Assembly: GCA_017513085.1 (NCBI GenBank)
Contig: JAFWDK010000006.1
Location: 9,661-73,660 of the forward strand
Length of the DNA: 64,000 nt
Source: Clostridiales bacterium
Lineage (GTDB): Bacteria; Bacillota; Clostridia; Saccharofermentanales; Saccharofermentanaceae
Direction: 5' to 3'
Numbering within the stretch: position 1 is the first letter of the stretch; each line of letters starts with the position of its first letter. This document shows positions 38,951-49,437 of the stretch, one piece after another. Both the position numbers and the translations under genes were made by a program. Under the pieces are notes generated by a model that did not search any database, was not told the DNA's origin, and saw only the letters and a list, made by a program, of their open reading frames with translations.

Positions 38951-39580
38951 ATGGACGCCAATATTTCCAAGCGCAATACACTGCTTGCTTCCACTGTGAT
39001 CGCAGGCTTAAAGTCCAGAAACATGGAAGGATATTTTGCCAAAGATAAAGAAGAAGCACTCAAGATCGCACTGGATCTGATCCCGAAGGGCAGCTCCATC
39101 TCCATGGGTGGCGCCATGAGCGTCCATGAAATCGGTCTTTCCAAGGCACTGAAGGAAGGCGATTACCATTTTATCGACCGCGATGCTTACGAGGATAAGC
39201 GTCAGGCCATGCTTCTGGCTTACGATGCCGACTTTTTCCTTTCCAGCTGTAATGCCATCACGAACGACGGCATCCTGGTCAATATCGACGGCAACGCCAA
39301 CCGCGTTTCCGCGATCGCGCAAGGTCCGAAACATGTTCTCTTCATCGTGGGTATGAACAAGGTCTGCGATGATCTCGACGGTGCCATGAAGCGTGCCAGA
39401 AACGTTGCCGCACCGATCAACGCCCAGCGCTTCGGTCTCGACACACCTTGCTCCAAGAAAGGTTCCTGCTTCGACTGCAAGTCCCCGGATACCATCTGCT
39501 GCCAGTTCCTGATCACCCGCTACTCACGTCATCCGGGACGCATCTCCGTGATCCTGGTAAATGACGATCTGGGCTATTGA
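38951..39580 (+). CDS. LUD-domain (lactate utilization protein C-like) protein
   Basis: FLSSCNAIT, NIDGNANRV, VGMNK, C-terminal Cys cluster CFDC...ICC. Confidence 0.88.
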   Translation: MDANISKRNTLLASTVIAGLKSRNMEGYFAKDKEEALKIALDLIPKGSSISMGGAMSVHEIGLSKALKEGDYHFIDRDAYEDKRQAMLLAYDADFFLSSCNAITNDGILVNIDGNANRVSAIAQGPKHVLFIVGMNKVCDDLDGAMKRARNVAAPINAQRFGLDTPCSKKGSCFDCKSPDTICCQFLITRYSRHPGRISVILVNDDLGY

Positions 39581-39606
39581 TATCCACGCCAGTCCTTATA
39601 TACGAA

Positions 39607-39640
39607 TAAAAAAGCGATATCGGAATGGTATCGCTTTTCT
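39607..39640. terminator. Bidirectional terminator
   Basis: AAAAGCGATATC / GGTATCGCTTTT between convergent genes. Confidence 0.75.
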
Positions 39641-40389
39641 TATAGAAACCGCAACAGATACAATACCAGTATATGCAACGGATAGAACACATAGAAGAAC
39701 CATTTATGAAACGGATGCCGGCTTCCGGGTTCTCTGTTGTAGAAGAAGATAAATACGATTGGTACCAGCACGACGCCCAACTGGTACGCCTCCAGCCAGA
39801 ACCGCCCATCCGAAACGCCTGCAAAAACCATTGCCAATATCGATTCCACAGCTGCAATGATGCCGAATGAAATCCATTTCTTCTTCTCATTGTCCCGATT
39901 GATATATGCGAAATGCGCCCACAGCACGGCAAAGATACTCCAGTCTCCGAAAAGAGACAGGGCGCAAAAGAGAACTACCAGAACAACTTTGATCGCTTTA
40001 TGGATCTTGAGTTTATCCCACATCCATATCGTTATGAAAGCGAGGAAGAGTGTCCAGATCACGCCGAACATATCCAGCCCGAAATACGGAAAACGGTTGA
40101 ATGTGCGGAGCGAATACGGGACCCATGAAATCAGCGAAAAAACGAAAAGCCGAATCGCGTACTTCTTCTTGTTTCTTGTATACTGATATCCTTCCGCCAA
40201 TAGCAAAGCCATCCCCGGGCCGGTCAGTCTTCCGAAGACGTGCATGCACTGTCCGAGCAGTCTTGTCGTCGGCACATATGCCGACGCAATATGGTCAACA
40301 AGCATCGCTATGATCAGCAAATACTTGAGCTGATTCCTATTGAGTTTCCAATGAGTCCTTCTGTTCAGTTGAAGATCTTCATTCTCCAT
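39640..40389 (-). CDS. TraX family membrane protein (acyltransferase-like)
   Basis: LKYLLIIAMLVDH, GRL, EGYQYTRN..KY, KWFFYVFYPLH. Confidence 0.88.
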   Translation of the reverse strand: MENEDLQLNRRTHWKLNRNQLKYLLIIAMLVDHIASAYVPTTRLLGQCMHVFGRLTGPGMALLLAEGYQYTRNKKKYAIRLFVFSLISWVPYSLRTFNRFPYFGLDMFGVIWTLFLAFITIWMWDKLKIHKAIKVVLVVLFCALSLFGDWSIFAVLWAHFAYINRDNEKKKWISFGIIAAVESILAMVFAGVSDGRFWLEAYQLGVVLVPIVFIFFYNREPGSRHPFHKWFFYVFYPLHILVLYLLRFL

Positions 40390-40391
40390 TT

Positions 40392-41252
40392 TTATCGGAT
40401 CTGAACCTTTCCCGTACATTCCATGACTGCATTTCCGGTTATGATCTCTCCCACTTCATCGCAGATGATCGTTCCGGATCTCGGATTCTTCACCGAATCG
40501 ATACGTCCCTTCACATCTGCTTCGACCTCCGAATATTCGAAAGCCAGATCGCACCCTTCCATCGTGCAGTTTACAAGCTTGAGATTTTTGCAGTAGCAGA
40601 ACGGCTGCGTGCCGATGATCTTGCAGTTGATCAAAGTCAGATTCTCCGAGAACCATGCAAGGTATTCTCCCTTGACTACACAGTTCTTCACCGTCACATT
40701 CCTGCTGTGCCAGAAAGCATCTTTCGTATTAAGATTACAGTTCTTGATCTCAAGTCCATCCACATACTGAAAAGAATACTTACCGTTCAAAGTCACATCA
40801 GATAACGAAACATTCTTACTGTCGAAGAATACATATTCCGAAGAGATCGTGACGTTTTTCAGAGAGAGGCCATCACATTTCCATCCGAACTCCGTAGAGT
40901 TGATCGTGCAATTGACAAGTTGAATGTCTTCGCATTCACGCACCGCCTTCACGCCGCGTATCTCACAATCTTTCAGTTTGCCATGCTTGGCATACCAGAT
41001 CGGTGCCCGGCATGTCTCCTCCATCGTGACCTCATTCGCAGTGAAGTCGACAACATGCCATAACGGATACCGAAGGGAAAACGTACACTGTTTCACCTTG
41101 ATATCCGAAGATTCTTTCAGCGCAGATTCTCCGTCTTTAGGACCTGCAAAAGTGCAACATTCCACTTTCGCGCACGTTGTATGGTACAGTGCCCGCTCTT
41201 CATCAAAATTCTGTCCCTTGATCGTCTTTCGCTCGGGAGCTTTATTACTCAT
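40392..41252 (-). CDS. DUF3737 family beta-helix protein
   Basis: ERALY, GESALKE, LRYPLWH, TKDAFWH, GEYLAW, QPFCYC, DLAFEYS. Confidence 0.88.
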   Translation of the reverse strand: MSNKAPERKTIKGQNFDEERALYHTTCAKVECCTFAGPKDGESALKESSDIKVKQCTFSLRYPLWHVVDFTANEVTMEETCRAPIWYAKHGKLKDCEIRGVKAVRECEDIQLVNCTINSTEFGWKCDGLSLKNVTISSEYVFFDSKNVSLSDVTLNGKYSFQYVDGLEIKNCNLNTKDAFWHSRNVTVKNCVVKGEYLAWFSENLTLINCKIIGTQPFCYCKNLKLVNCTMEGCDLAFEYSEVEADVKGRIDSVKNPRSGTIICDEVGEIITGNAVMECTGKVQIR

Positions 41253-41277
41253 TCAATATTCCTCTTTTTCTATAGTT

Positions 41278-43416
41278 TCACAGCTTGATCGTAATCGAGA
41301 TCAAGTCTTCCTCTTTGCTGCTGTGTCCGGCATAAAGAATGAATTCTCCCGGCTCCAGCACCTTCTCGCACTTGGCATTGATCAAAGAGAAATCATCTTT
41401 ACTCAACCTGATCTCCACGTCCTTCGACTCACCGGCAGACAGTTCGACCTGCTTAAAAGCGATCAGTCTTCTGACAGGCGTCAACACACTGGACACACAG
41501 TCATTCTGATAGATCTGCACGGTCTCGACGCCGTCCCGTGCGCCGGTATTTTTCACTGTAACACGGAGCATCAGATCTTCATCCAGGCACAAGTTTTCGT
41601 ATGCAAAAGCACTATACCCCATTCCTTCTCCGAATGCAAAAAGCGGTGCCTGTGGCAGGTCGTTGTATTTTCCGCCATGCCATCCGGGCATCTGATTGTA
41701 GTAGACCGGGATCTGTCCGGAATGTCTCGGGAATGAGATCGGAAGACGTCCTCTCGGATTGATCTTTCCGAAGAGCACCTCTGCCAACGCCTGTCCTGCA
41801 AACATGCCGCCGTTAAATCCGCACACTACCGCGTCTGCCTTCTCCGCCGTATCTCCCATGCAGAGTGGTTTCGAAGCAATAAGGACTGTGCAGATCTTTT
41901 TTCCTGTTTCTTTCAGACGGGCGAACAACTCGTTCTGACGTCCGGAAAGATCCAGATCCGCGCGGTCGGAATACTCACCGAACTGTGGGATCACATCGCC
42001 AACGGCATAGATCACTACGTCCGCATCAGAAGCCACGCGTACCGCTTCAGCCAGATCCGCATCCTCGTTCACACCTTCCAGCGGCTTCACGGCACAGCCT
42101 TTGGCATATACAGCTTCGATACCGTTCTTTTCACAAATATCCTTCACGCCTTCCCATAATGTTACATACGGACGGATCGCAGGACGACTGTTCGTCGGAT
42201 CCGGAACAGGATGTGTGAAGTACGTCCAGTCGCCATACTGGGCGCGCACATTGTCCGCATTTTCACCAATGACCGCCACTTTCTTCACGTTTCCGCACAA
42301 AGGAAGCATGCCGTTATTACGTAGCAACGTTACACTCTTTCTTGCCGCATCCAAAGAAGCCTCCAGGTGTTCTGGCTTTCCGAAGCAGTCGGGTTCACCT
42401 CTCTTCTCCGGTTTGTCGAAGAGTTCCATCTCATATTTGATCGTGAGAATATGCAGCACGGCTTCATCCACAACAGAGATATCGACCTTTCCTTCTTTCA
42501 AAGCAGCCAGCATTCCTTCGTAGAAACCCTTGGTCGTCATGATCATGTCATTACCGGCAGAAGCCGCCATGATCGAAGCTTCGGAAATATCCGCCGCAAT
42601 ATGCTGCAGCCATACCAGACTCTGGGTGTTGTCCCAGTCCGTGATCACGAAACCATCGAATTTCAATTCATCACGAAGAACATCGTGCAGGATCCGACGG
42701 TTCGCGGTAAGCGGAGTTCCATCCAGGAAGCCATATGCCGTCATGATCGTAGCACAGCCTGCATCCACCGCCTTCTTAAATGGAGGCAGGAAAAGCTCTC
42801 TGACTTTTCGTTCTGTTACTTCCGTATCGTAGGCATCACGTCCTCCGGTAGCTTCGCCATAACCGAGATAGTGCTTCGCGCAAGCGAGGATATGCGCATC
42901 ATCCGCAAGATCATCACCCTGATAACCTTCAATGATCGCGGCCCCCATCTCTCCGATCAGATACGGATCTTCGCCGAATGTCTCATTTACACGGCCCCAA
43001 CGTGTATCACGCCCGATGCAAAGCACCGGGGAAAATGTCCAATGAAGTCCGTCAGTCGCAACTTCCCGGGCAGTCACCTCACCCATTTTTCTTGCCACTT
43101 CCGGATCCCAGCTGCAAGCACAGGTCAACTGCGACGGAAAGATCGTCGCCTTGTTATTCAATCCATGTCCGTGGATCGCATCAATACCAAAGATCACCGG
43201 AATCCCCAGTCTCGTTTTCATTGCTTCTCTTTGCAGTTCTCTTGCATCATCTCCTAAAACATGCAAAAAAGAACCGGCTCCGAGCTTTGCCCACTTCAGT
43301 GCCTCTTCCCTGCCGCCATCCGTATAGGTAACTTGAATCATCTGCGCGACCTTTTCTTCCGTAGTCATCCGGGAAAGAAGTTCTCTTGCTTTCTCTTTAG
43401 CCGATTCTCTATTCAT
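41278..43416 (-). CDS. Glycoside hydrolase family 3 (beta-glucosidase/xylosidase), cytoplasmic
   Basis: DAIHG, RWGRVNETFGEDP, CAKHY, VITDW nucleophile, C-terminal Fn3-like domain. Confidence 0.95.
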   Translation of the reverse strand: MNRESAKEKARELLSRMTTEEKVAQMIQVTYTDGGREEALKWAKLGAGSFLHVLGDDARELQREAMKTRLGIPVIFGIDAIHGHGLNNKATIFPSQLTCACSWDPEVARKMGEVTAREVATDGLHWTFSPVLCIGRDTRWGRVNETFGEDPYLIGEMGAAIIEGYQGDDLADDAHILACAKHYLGYGEATGGRDAYDTEVTERKVRELFLPPFKKAVDAGCATIMTAYGFLDGTPLTANRRILHDVLRDELKFDGFVITDWDNTQSLVWLQHIAADISEASIMAASAGNDMIMTTKGFYEGMLAALKEGKVDISVVDEAVLHILTIKYEMELFDKPEKRGEPDCFGKPEHLEASLDAARKSVTLLRNNGMLPLCGNVKKVAVIGENADNVRAQYGDWTYFTHPVPDPTNSRPAIRPYVTLWEGVKDICEKNGIEAVYAKGCAVKPLEGVNEDADLAEAVRVASDADVVIYAVGDVIPQFGEYSDRADLDLSGRQNELFARLKETGKKICTVLIASKPLCMGDTAEKADAVVCGFNGGMFAGQALAEVLFGKINPRGRLPISFPRHSGQIPVYYNQMPGWHGGKYNDLPQAPLFAFGEGMGYSAFAYENLCLDEDLMLRVTVKNTGARDGVETVQIYQNDCVSSVLTPVRRLIAFKQVELSAGESKDVEIRLSKDDFSLINAKCEKVLEPGEFILYAGHSSKEEDLISITIKL

Positions 43417-43551
43417 AAGGGTTTCCTCCAATATCGATAACTGATCCGTTTATATGGTCACGTTCATTATATCAGAGGAAACCCTTCTCTTCTTGTTTAT
43501 TCTGTTAAGATCTGCTCATTGATCCACGTATTGTAAATCGCATTTTCTTCG

Positions 43552-45351
43552 TCAGTCGATCTCGCCTCTTTCGATACCATACTGATTACAGATTCCGGTA
43601 AATTCTTTGCTTCCGCCGAAGAACTGCAGCACGCTGTTTCTTGTCTGACGGGCGGCATGTATTTCTTCCACCCAGTAAGACACCTCACTTGCTTCAGGGT
43701 CTCTTCCCATAAATGTTCTATACAAGCGTTTCACATATTCTTCGTCAGAAGTCTTGAAACCCAGAAACTCTTCCGAGGTAAAGAATTGTTTTGTTGCGCC
43801 GTATCCGGTCTTTTCCAGATTGGTCAATGCCAGGCTCCAGTATTGAAGTCCTTCCTCCTCCGCTTCTCTTCCCAGACAGCATGTATAGAGGCGGGTTGCG
43901 AACTTGATCGCATTCTTGGAAGCAAACTCGGCCTTATGGTAATGCGCTCCGGATCTGACACCATAGGTCGCGCAAACATTGCACCATTCGGTTGACTCAA
44001 TAAACTCATTCACGACAGAAGCTTTGCCGGCTCCTTGCTTAAGTTTGTTCATCCAGAATTCCTTACCGCTCTTATCAGAAGCCCGGTCATAGAAAGTCTT
44101 ATACAGGACCTCCAGGAAATCGCTGTCGTTCAATTTACGGTTCATGAATTCCGGTGCTTCGACCAGAAAATACCTTGCACAGTCCGCACCATTGTATTCA
44201 CCCTTTTTCACCTTTTCGACCCAGAATTTTTTGCCTGCTTCTTCCGAATCACGATTCAGGGCTACAACATATAAGCGCTCTACAAAATCTTCAAAATCCG
44301 GTTCTTTTACCGGATCACCCGGGATCGGTGTAACAGGCTCCGGGGTCGGTGTTACAGACGGTTCCGGTGTATTCGTCCGGTCTGTGATCATCGTTGACGA
44401 TTCGTTAAAGAATATCGCGCATCTTGTCATCTGTCCATCGATCTCCAATTCTCCCTCACTAAAGACGATCGCGTCACCGGCATGCGAATCCGAGTCTTTC
44501 TGAAGCGGGTATTTCTTCATCAATTCGAAAAGGCGCGTGCAGTCACATATATAAAACTCCGGAAGAGGATTTCCCACCAGACTTAAGTAATACAGATCCT
44601 TATGTCCGGACAGATCCAGTTTGGAAAGATTGCCGCCATAACACCAGAATTCTTTCAGTTTCGGATTGGTGCTCACATCCACTTTTGATATTGGATTAAA
44701 ACCGCAGCTTAGATACTCCAGTTTCGGATTTTTACTTGTATCCAGAGTTCTGATATTATTCCCGTAGCAATCAATTCTGACCAGTTCCGGATTATGTGTC
44801 AGATCAAGTTTATCAATCTGGTTTTCGTAGCATTCGATGCCGGTAAGTTTGGCATTCTTCGAGACATTAAGTTCTGTCAATTGGTTCTTTCCACACAGGA
44901 TATACTCCAGGTCTTCATTTTTCGAGACATTCAGTTCGCAAAGTCCTGTCTCACAGCAAAGCAGTTCTCTCATTTTCGTATTTGCGGAAAGATCCAGTCT
45001 TTGCACTTTCGTATAACTGCAAAAGAGATATTCAATGTCTGCGAAAAACCCGATTCCTTCCAGTGAATAGATTTCTTTTTCGGTACAATCGATCGTTTGC
45101 ACCGCCTTGATCTCCGATTGACTTAGCTGTCCATCCCGATTTATATCAAACGAATCGGAGACATATTTCCGGAACACTTTGTCCGGAAAATTTTTCTCAT
45201 CAATTCCGACTTCTCCTTGTGTAATGATTTGCTGATCTGATCCTTCCCGATCAGCATCCGCACGGAGCACTTTCTGTCCTGTAATGTGTAGTGGCGCAGC
45301 CAGGATCCCTGCAGCCAGGATCCCTGCACACACTATTCTTTTTTCCCTCAT
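43552..45351 (-). CDS. Secreted leucine-rich-repeat surface protein with C-terminal DUF4214-like repeats
   Basis: Signal peptide, NFPD cap, LxxLxCxxNxLxxLDLS repeats, TPEP linker, RLY..L.R...G..W repeats. Confidence 0.85.
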   Translation of the reverse strand: MREKRIVCAGILAAGILAAPLHITGQKVLRADADREGSDQQIITQGEVGIDEKNFPDKVFRKYVSDSFDINRDGQLSQSEIKAVQTIDCTEKEIYSLEGIGFFADIEYLFCSYTKVQRLDLSANTKMRELLCCETGLCELNVSKNEDLEYILCGKNQLTELNVSKNAKLTGIECYENQIDKLDLTHNPELVRIDCYGNNIRTLDTSKNPKLEYLSCGFNPISKVDVSTNPKLKEFWCYGGNLSKLDLSGHKDLYYLSLVGNPLPEFYICDCTRLFELMKKYPLQKDSDSHAGDAIVFSEGELEIDGQMTRCAIFFNESSTMITDRTNTPEPSVTPTPEPVTPIPGDPVKEPDFEDFVERLYVVALNRDSEEAGKKFWVEKVKKGEYNGADCARYFLVEAPEFMNRKLNDSDFLEVLYKTFYDRASDKSGKEFWMNKLKQGAGKASVVNEFIESTEWCNVCATYGVRSGAHYHKAEFASKNAIKFATRLYTCCLGREAEEEGLQYWSLALTNLEKTGYGATKQFFTSEEFLGFKTSDEEYVKRLYRTFMGRDPEASEVSYWVEEIHAARQTRNSVLQFFGGSKEFTGICNQYGIERGEID

Positions 45352-45384
45352 GATTCTTTCCTCCTTATGATATACATTTTTTCT

Positions 45385-46521
45385 TCAGGCACAGGCCTGT
45401 GAAGAATCTTCTTGATTTCTCGGTTCAAATTGACTCATGTACCGGGCATATTCCTCTCCATAACGTTTCCAGCCGTCCGGCAGCCACCGGCCGAATCTCT
45501 CAAAAACATCGTCCGAGGTTGCGTCCTTGATGACGCGCATGATCATATCCGTATAGGTTTCATCGTATTCAAACCGCAACGAGATCCTGCAGATCTTATC
45601 GAGCACATCTTCGCCATAGGTTTCTACAAGGAAGGTTACAAAGCGGATCCCGCACTGGTAAGGTTTATCCTCGTGAAAGCCTGTTATTTCGGAATCTTCT
45701 ATAAAAGCAGCCACCGGATCATCATAAAACCTGCTTTCGTCATACAAGGAAAGATTCCGTTCATCACGGACATAGGCAGCACAACTCCTTGCCGGTCGGT
45801 TTTCTTTGACCGACAGTTTATACTCGGCATATGTAGCGATCCCTTCTGTCAGGACCGTCCCTAGTGAGTTCGACTGACGCAGTTGCAGGACATGTGCCAG
45901 TTCGTGATACGCCACACTCAGATCTGCCTGCGGAGAGAACACATCCTTGTCAAAAAGAACCGCCACATTCTCTGCCGCCCACTCGATCTCATCATTTTCC
46001 GGAGTGTTCAGGATCAGGATATTCACTTTCGAAAGATCCCGGTTCACATCGGAAAACGCATTATGAAAATACAAAAATCTCCAATTGATCTCACTATTCA
46101 CCGGATCGCGATCAAATGAGAGATGCAACTCTTCTTCCAGTTCACGCATGATCCGCTCCATGTGCACCGCCACATCACCACGAATACTCACACCCTTTTG
46201 GAAGAACAGGAAGAATCTATCATCTTCATAAAGACAATCCTGCCCGATCTCGACGACTTCTTCCGGATCTCCACTCAGTTCGATCGACGGCCATTTGCTT
46301 ATCGTCTTTCCGTACTCATCTGTTTCCGATGCTAAATTTTTAAGTTCTTCCTTTTTTCTCGGCGGTTCCGGTTCATTCTCCGGAATGGTCGTCCTTTCAT
46401 ACAGGGAAGGAACCGCATACGCCGGCACCTTCAACGTTTCTCCTTTTTCTTTGTCGCATCCTGAAAAAAGACTGAGTATTGTACATACTATGAAAACTAT
46501 ACTGATGTTTTGCTTTTTCAT
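45385..46521 (-). CDS. Lipoprotein with zincin metallopeptidase motif
   Basis: Lipobox LFSGC; HELAH followed by LTEGIATY (gluzincin-type). Confidence 0.75.
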   Translation of the reverse strand: MKKQNISIVFIVCTILSLFSGCDKEKGETLKVPAYAVPSLYERTTIPENEPEPPRKKEELKNLASETDEYGKTISKWPSIELSGDPEEVVEIGQDCLYEDDRFFLFFQKGVSIRGDVAVHMERIMRELEEELHLSFDRDPVNSEINWRFLYFHNAFSDVNRDLSKVNILILNTPENDEIEWAAENVAVLFDKDVFSPQADLSVAYHELAHVLQLRQSNSLGTVLTEGIATYAEYKLSVKENRPARSCAAYVRDERNLSLYDESRFYDDPVAAFIEDSEITGFHEDKPYQCGIRFVTFLVETYGEDVLDKICRISLRFEYDETYTDMIMRVIKDATSDDVFERFGRWLPDGWKRYGEEYARYMSQFEPRNQEDSSQACA

Positions 46522-46617
46522 ATCGCAACTCCTTTTTTTGTTTCGAGAAGAATCTGTCTTACGTTCCCTCTCTCTTTCAAACTCAGTATAGGGCGGCGAT
46601 GTGTAATCCTTATGTAC

Positions 46618-46655
46618 AAAAAAACGGTTATCTCAAAACCATGAGACAACCGCTT
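46618..46655 (-). terminator. Terminator after the amino-acid ABC operon
   Basis: CGGTTGTCTCA / TGAGATAACCG plus T7 on the minus strand. Confidence 0.8.
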
Positions 46656-46688
46656 CGTTTAGTCATATGTTGATCAACCGATATTCAC

Positions 46689-47480
46689 TCAAAGCACCTT
46701 CGCCAGGAAAGACTGAAGTCTTTCGTTCTTCGGATGATTAAATATCTCGTCCGGCGTGCCCTCCTCGAGGATCTTTCCTTCATCCATAAAGATCACGCGC
46801 GATCCGACTTCTCTTGCAAATCCCATCTCGTGTGTGACGACCGCCATGGTCATTCCGGACTTGGCAAGATCTTTCATAACATCCAGAACTTCACCGACCA
46901 TCTCCGGATCGAGTGCAGAAGTAGGCTCGTCAAACAGAAGCACATCCGGAGACATACAAAGCGCACGGACGATCGCGATACGCTGTTTCTGGCCGCCGGA
47001 AAGCTGACTGGGATACGCAAGCGCACGGTCCTCCAGCGCTACTTTCTTGAGCAGTTCTCTTGCCTTTGCCTCCGCATCTTCCCGACTCATCTTCAGAAGT
47101 TTTCTCGGCGCCAGCGTCATGTTATCCAGGATCGTCAGATGCGGGAAAAGATTGAAGTGCTGGAACACCATACCCATCTTCTGACGGAGTTTGTTAATAT
47201 CGTTTTTCGGAGAAGTGATGTCCACTCCTTCAAAGGTGATCTGACCTTCTGTCGGCATCTCGAGGAGATTCAGAGAACGGAGGAACGTGGATTTACCGGA
47301 ACCGGACGGTCCGATAATGACCAGTACCTCTCCTTTCTTGATATCCGTGTTGATCCCGTCCAGAGCATGGATCTCACCGGCCTTGCTTTTGTAATGCTTG
47401 GCCAGTTTTTTCACCGAGATAAGGACTTCACCGTTATTTATCGTCTTCGTTGTTTCGTTATTGGAATTATCAGCGCTCAC
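46689..47480 (-). CDS. Polar amino-acid ABC transporter ATP-binding protein (GlnQ-like)
   Basis: [36 protein letters not shown]. Confidence 0.95.
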   Translation of the reverse strand: MSADNSNNETTKTINNGEVLISVKKLAKHYKSKAGEIHALDGINTDIKKGEVLVIIGPSGSGKSTFLRSLNLLEMPTEGQITFEGVDITSPKNDINKLRQKMGMVFQHFNLFPHLTILDNMTLAPRKLLKMSREDAEAKARELLKKVALEDRALAYPSQLSGGQKQRIAIVRALCMSPDVLLFDEPTSALDPEMVGEVLDVMKDLAKSGMTMAVVTHEMGFAREVGSRVIFMDEGKILEEGTPDEIFNHPKNERLQSFLAKVL

Positions 47481-48237
47481 TGTTTCTCAGCCTCCTTTCA
47501 AGTATGGATATTAACTTGGTAAAGAAGATAACGACGATCAGGTAAATAATTGCTACAGCAATAAGACCCGGAAGCGCGTCATAAGTGCGGCTTCGGATAA
47601 CATCACCACCACGGGCAAGGTCCATGATGCCAACGTAACCGGAAACGGATGTTTCTTTGATCAATACGATAAACTCATTGGCCAGCGCCGGCAGAACATT
47701 CTTAAAGGCCTGCGGAATGACGATATAGATCATGGTCTGCACGTAATTGAAGCCCAGAGAACGGCCGGCTTCAAACTGTCCGTTATCGATACTCATGATA
47801 CCGGATCGGATGATCTCCGCGACATATGCGCCGGAGTTGATACCAAAAGCTAAAGAAGCAACAAGTAAGGTGTTGGTTGAGGCCGCAAAGATGATATAGT
47901 ACATGATCATGAGCTGGACGACCACAGGCGTTCCACGTATCACGGTCAGATAGAGATTCACGATCGTATTGAAAAACTTCAGAAGAAATTTTTTAATACC
48001 AGGACGCATATCCTTGATCGTCTTGTCGTGCGTCGCGCGTACAATGGCAGCGATCACACCCAGTGCGATGCCGAGGAGCAGCGCGAAGAACGTGATCTTC
48101 ATAGTCATCCAAAGTCCCTTATAAAGGTACTTGTATCGACCATCTTCGATCAAATTGGTATATAAGCGGTCCTTCCACTTTTCCCACCAGGTCGTCAAAC
48201 CCAGGAGAACCCGGTATCCCTGTTGCGAATATAACAT
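47470..48237 (-). CDS. Polar amino-acid ABC transporter permease
   Basis: [16 protein letters not shown]...[10 protein letters not shown] (EAA loop). Confidence 0.95.
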   Translation of the reverse strand: MLYSQQGYRVLLGLTTWWEKWKDRLYTNLIEDGRYKYLYKGLWMTMKITFFALLLGIALGVIAAIVRATHDKTIKDMRPGIKKFLLKFFNTIVNLYLTVIRGTPVVVQLMIMYYIIFAASTNTLLVASLAFGINSGAYVAEIIRSGIMSIDNGQFEAGRSLGFNYVQTMIYIVIPQAFKNVLPALANEFIVLIKETSVSGYVGIMDLARGGDVIRSRTYDALPGLIAVAIIYLIVVIFFTKLISILERRLRNSER

Positions 48238-48285
48238 GATAACACCCTCCAGATCATCTTCTATTCGAGATTACTATTTTATAAG

Positions 48286-48325
48286 AAAAGAAGGCGGAAA
48301 TAAAGTATTTCACGCCTTCTTTTTT
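48286..48325 (-). terminator. Intercistronic hairpin between the binding-protein and permease genes
   Basis: AAAAGAAGGCG / CGCCTTCTTTT inverted repeat. Confidence 0.65.
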
Positions 48326-48382
48326 CATTTCATTTCCATTTCGTCCGGAAAGCAATAAATGCTGTCAGAACGAGTCCTGCGA

Positions 48383-49216
48383 TCAGCCCTTGGAAGGAAT
48401 GTACTTCTCGATGATAGCAGCGATCGTACCATCATCAGTCAGTTCTTTGAGCGCGGCATTGAGTTTATCAAGAAGAACAGTGTTGTCCTTGTTTACACAC
48501 ATAGCATAATCTTCAACCGTGAAAGGTGTTTCCAGGATCTTCAATCCTTCATTCGCAGCCACAAAAGACTTCGCCGGCTCGTTGTCGATAACTACAGCAT
48601 CGACCTTACCTGCAGAGAGAGCCAGAACAGCATCCGGTCCCTTGGAATAACGTACGACCCTTGCTTCACCGACACCGCCATCAGCCGGGTCAAAAGACAT
48701 ATAAATATCACCGGTCGTACCCTGCTGTACGCCAACCTTGTAGTCGCCGCCCAGGAGAGTGTCGATATCCACGATCTCGGAGCCTTCCTTCACAATGATC
48801 GCCTGGATACCTGTAGCATAAGTAGTAGTAAAGTTTACTGCCTTCTTACGAGTATCGGTAACCGTCATACCGGCCATACCGAAGTCATACTTATTGTTCT
48901 GTACACCGGCGATAATAGAATCGAACTCTACGTCCATGATCTGCAGTTCAAGGCCGAGTTTCTTCGCAATAGCTTCAGCGATCTCTGCATCGATACCGAC
49001 GATCTTTTCGTTCTGATAATACTCGTACGGCTGGAAGAAAGCATTGGTAGCCATGATCAGCTTGCCTTCCTGAACAGTGAACTTTTCTGCAGCTACTGTT
49101 GTATCTGCAGCACTCTCCGCCTTGGTCGTTTCTTCAGACTTCGAACAGCCAACCATTGCTCCCGCCATGCAGAAGATCAATCCAACCGATACGATCTTTG
49201 ATAATAACTTTTTCAT
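48383..49216 (-). CDS. Polar amino-acid ABC transporter substrate-binding lipoprotein (family 3)
   Basis: Lipobox MVGC; FQPYEY, GIDAEI, GVQQGTTG, VDAVVID. Confidence 0.95.
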   Translation of the reverse strand: MKKLLSKIVSVGLIFCMAGAMVGCSKSEETTKAESAADTTVAAEKFTVQEGKLIMATNAFFQPYEYYQNEKIVGIDAEIAEAIAKKLGLELQIMDVEFDSIIAGVQNNKYDFGMAGMTVTDTRKKAVNFTTTYATGIQAIIVKEGSEIVDIDTLLGGDYKVGVQQGTTGDIYMSFDPADGGVGEARVVRYSKGPDAVLALSAGKVDAVVIDNEPAKSFVAANEGLKILETPFTVEDYAMCVNKDNTVLLDKLNAALKELTDDGTIAAIIEKYIPSKG

Positions 49217-49437
49217 ATATATCCTCCTTGTGACAAAATGTCTACGCTATAAGTATAATGCCTCTTTTACATACTGTCATTTCAATATCTGACGAAATTC
49301 CATGGCAAAAGCACTTTTTATTCGGCATTTAAACCAAAAACCGTATTTCATGCCGAACTATGATTTTCCGTTTCCGACCCGGCTTAAAAAACATGATATA
49401 ATCAAGTCATCAAATACGAAATTCCGAGGTTTCTTCT

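Noticed and set aside
39640-40389. TraX as evidence of a conjugative element or of pilin acetylation
   Set aside because: No other tra genes, about 26 kb from the pilus locus, and TraX-family genes are common on Clostridial chromosomes.
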